Assembly (NCBI RefSeq): GCF_964355755.1
Contig: NC_092680.1
Span: forward strand, 16,563,045 to 16,627,044
DNA length: 64,000 nt
Direction: 5' to 3'
Origin: Antedon mediterranea
Lineage: Eukaryota; Animalia; Echinodermata
A model generated the notes under the pieces. That model was not told the origin of the DNA. It saw only the letters and a list, made by a program, of their open reading frames with translations, and made no database searches. This document shows, piece after piece, positions 60,254 to 64,000 of this stretch; positions within the stretch are counted from its first letter, which is position 1; each line of letters opens with the position of its first letter. The position numbers were made by a program, and so were the translations under genes.

Positions 60254-63169
60254 AGAGTTGCCATGACACTCTGTACTCTGTTAATTTCCTGAAATTAATA
60301 CTAATATATTTCTGAGATAGCAATTATTATAACAGTATTTTTATTAGCTTATGATAGTATAGCATTAATAGAAACCAATTATTATAGATTATGGAATTCT
60401 TCTAAATATTATTTCTTCATTCTGTTAGGTTAGGTTAGTTTACTTATTGTTGGTTTGAAAACAAGAATATTTCCAAAATAAATCATTCTATTGGTGCAAA
60501 ACAAGTGTATATGCCTACTCCTACGTACAATATAGTATTAAAAGTACTGTGGGGGTTTTTTTTGTATTTTTTTCAATTTAAAGTCTAGTCAGTGGGCTAA
60601 TAATTAATTATATTACTATCGTTTCTATTGGAAAATAATATTCAAATTGAAGACAAGCACGTTAACCAACAAGCTACATATCATTGCAATGTCTCTTTCA
60701 CTTTTATTTTTATAATATGTAAATGTTTTATTATGATGAATGAATAAACTTACATTGAACTTCCTTAAAAATAAGAAGAAATAACAAGCGCATGTTTCTA
60801 AGCTTAGCAGTCAGTAGAGCAATATATGATTATCGGTTTTATTTATATTTAAAATAAAATGATCTGATGTGTGGGGGAAATCGGAATCCACACAGGAAAA
60901 GACGAAAATGCAATGGAATAAATCGTGCGTAATTATACCCTATTAATTATTAATATTTATTAACAGTGTTATCATTTATTAATGATCCTTTTTGGAGAAT
61001 TTTAAGTTACGTTGGTACTAAATGCAACAAAAAGCTACAGTACGCAAGATATAGAATTGATAAGAATGTTTGATTGCACTGCAATATCTGTCAAAAGCAA
61101 TCGGACATTCTAACGAGAACAAAACTAATGAAATCTTGTTACCGTAAGGTTCCCTTCAATAAATGCCAGATTTGTTTTAGTCAGATAATAAATGCAAGCG
61201 CATAATAATGTCAATTGCCATAAAAAAGTAGTACGGTCGACGGCGAGCCAACTCTAAAAACAGCACGAAGTAAAATAAGGTTAGAATGGTATCTTCGGAT
61301 TTGATTGAAAAGAAGTGTCCATATTTATTTATCATTACAAACCACCTAAAGATTTACAAAAGTATCTCTAAACGCAATTAGAGAAAGCTAAGACTATTAT
61401 AGTATGATAAATTGTTTTTTATCTGTAGACGTTTACTTTCATTTTTGAAAGTCTAGCTTGTTGATATTTATTTAGTATCCTAATTGAGATCCAACCACGT
61501 CTCTTGTTTTTTTTCAAATATTGTTTTAACAAACTGTTTAACTGTTTAAATACAACAAAAAAAACAACCTGTCAGAACGAATCATTTACTGTAATCTGAT
61601 AAAATGCCTAAAAATAACATCTGAAATTCGAAGAATTGAGATTAAAGAATACATTAATCTTCTTGTTGCAGTGTTTTCAATCTATCACACGTTAGTATTT
61701 GACCAAAAGTAAAGACGTAAATAATGAGCCGATTTATGCCTGGTAGGTGGGACAAAATAATGTTTAGAGACGGTAGACATAATAATTATTATTGGTCAAA
61801 TGTTTGCTCTACTCTAACGTAGTACATTAAGAATACTAGCGAAAAAATAATTAATTCTCAATGTCCTTAGTATAAAGTACAGATTACGTGAGAGTAGGGC
61901 AAAAATCTGACCAATTACTTAACACGCTTATGCGAAGCTACCCCACAGTAGTTACAAACAATTGCAATTATTATTACAAAAATGGAAAGACCAGCCTTTT
62001 GCGAGAAAGTTTTGAATGAAAGCAAAGCCGATAGATTAACCAAAAATGACATATCAGACAATTACTTCGTATTGTAACAGGAGGTCCAATGTACACATGT
62101 GGCTCGGGTGCATTCCAAGAAACTGAGAGTAGATGGTTACCCATCCCAGTGCATCCGTGCATTGGACCATGTCATGTATTCATTTCGAGCCAAGTCTGCC
62201 CCAAGTCAACTCGACCTCATGGCAACTCGAAAACATTATATTTTAATTTCAGATTGAGAATGTATCTAAAAACAAACAATATACCTTCAACAAATAATAC
62301 AGATGTACATCATCATGGGAAGAGTAAAGTTAAAATTGTAATTTCACTTTTTTCATTGTAAGCAATTAGGAATACAAATCTAATTAATTGATTATATTAT
62401 TATTGTGGGCATTCACTATGTTAATCAGTGACAAGATCACAATCTAATGAATAATCTTTGCACAAGGTCAATGAAGGATTATAATATATCATGAAATCTG
62501 AATACCATTATCGTCTTTATATAATATGTTTTCATGGTAAAATGAAAACATTCGTTTCCTGAAAAAAAAAACGGCCTTTAGTTTTATAGAAAACTAAAAA
62601 AGAAATTATTGAGTTTCTTTGTGGTACTAAACACAACATTAATGATGCTACCAATTTATTTTAAATTTAATGTATTTTTAAAAATATTGCAAATTATTTC
62701 GAGAACACAATGTGAACCGACCTTTTTCGTACAGCGAATTATTTAATTACGTTAAGATCAACATGTTTGGAGATAAGAAGCGATGCTATAGATTTGTAAA
62801 AGTCATTTCATTTGAAGACAGATTAATGAATTCACTGAGTGGTAAACGAGAGATCTAAGCGGAAGGATGTCTTTTAATGCTCTCTTAGGCCATCTTCTAA
62901 GTACTCTTACTATGTTAAGTTTGATTGCAATCACGACAGCTTGAAAATAATAGATTACAGTAATATAAATAAATATTCAAAATTCAGCAATCATTGTCTT
63001 CATATTGTCAAGGGAAGGGTCAACATTATTATATAACAGTAATAACTAAATTAGCAGTTACTGCAGTTACTGCAGTAAGTACATTTTGTTTACTCTATAA
63101 CATGTTTATATAGCAGCATTCCGTTAGGCCTGTCGCTCATTTCTTTCATCTGTATTGAAAGAAATCATG

Positions 63170-63820
63170 ATCATCATCATAACCATCATCATTATCATAA
63201 TCATCATTATCATCATCACAATCATAATCATAACCATCATCATCATCATCATCATCATCATCACCGTAACCATCATCATTATCATCTTAACCATCATCAT
63301 TAGCATCATAACCATCATCATTAGCATCATAATTATCATCATCACAATCATCATCATAACCATCATCATCATAATCATCATCATAATCATAATCGTCATC
63401 ATAACGATCATCATCATTACCATAACCATCATCATTATCATCATAACCATCATCATTACTATCATAATTATCATCATCATAATCATAATTATCATCATCA
63501 TAACCATCATCATCATAACCATCATCATCATAACCATCATCACTATCATCATAACCATCATCATTACTATCATAATTATCATCATCATAATCATAACCAT
63601 CATCATCATAACCATCATCATCATAACCATCATCATCATAACCATCATCACTATCATCATAACCATCATCATTACTATCATAATTATCATCATCATAATC
63701 ATCATCATCATAATCATCATCATCATAACCATCATCATCATCATAACCATCATCATTATCACCATAACCATCATCATCACCATAACCATCATCATCATAA
63801 CCATCATCATTATCATCATC
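63170..63820. repeat. Long degenerate (ATC)n trinucleotide array (ATC/ATA/ACC/ATT variants)
   Basis: About 650 bp of catcatcataaccat..., with the triplet register kept throughout. Confidence 0.97.
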
Positions 63821-64000
63821 AGCGGCATTATGTTAGTCTACTCTAACGTTGTGAAATTGTTTTCAAGTAAAAAAATAGAATTACATACATGAAGATGCTT
63901 TTCTTGACAATTCCTCTCCAGCTTTCTTGACTATCCGAACGAAAACACAATATGAATTTCATATGGTAAATTAGGTTACGTGATTTAGTGTCAACCTTTT

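Noticed and set aside
52500-63100. Short ORFs in the distal intergenic region
   Set aside because: All are under about 90 aa, AT-biased, and have no recognisable motifs or consistent splice chain.
63124-63892. 234-aa and 245-aa ORFs (poly-Met, poly-Ile)
   Set aside because: They are by-products of a stop-free trinucleotide repeat, with no splice context or domain.

Overview
AT-rich metazoan genomic DNA with GT-AG spliceosomal introns. It is probably a marine invertebrate deuterostome such as an echinoderm, but that is an inference. Reading the splice sites by hand gives three genes. (1) 1-3354 (+): the last four exons of an unidentified protein whose acidic, low-complexity C-terminal tail is built from repeated tyrosine motifs. 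(2) 4273-12115 (-): a complete 13-coding-exon FAN1 nuclease, about 1193 aa, with UBZ4, SAP, TPR and VRR_nuc domains. (3) 13439-40951 (+): a complete 23-exon LRRK1-like ROCO protein, 2049 aa, with ANK-LRR-Roc-COR-kinase-WD40 domains. It lies head-to-head with FAN1 across about 1.3 kb that contains a perfect NF-kB site. The ROCO protein lacks the Roc G3 glycine and the kinase P+1-loop threonine, so it may be catalytically atypical. One of its introns holds a young, 5'-truncated CR1-group LINE nested inside a MITE, and a Deu-type tRNA-SINE sits just after its stop codon. The region 42-64 kb has no recognisable gene; it contains MITEs, HINE-like elements, a LINE 3' fragment, tandem repeats, an RFX X-box cluster and a degenerate (ATC)n array. 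No prokaryotic-type system (CRISPR, operon) is present. No computation or database search was run, and comparisons with human proteins are recalled from memory.
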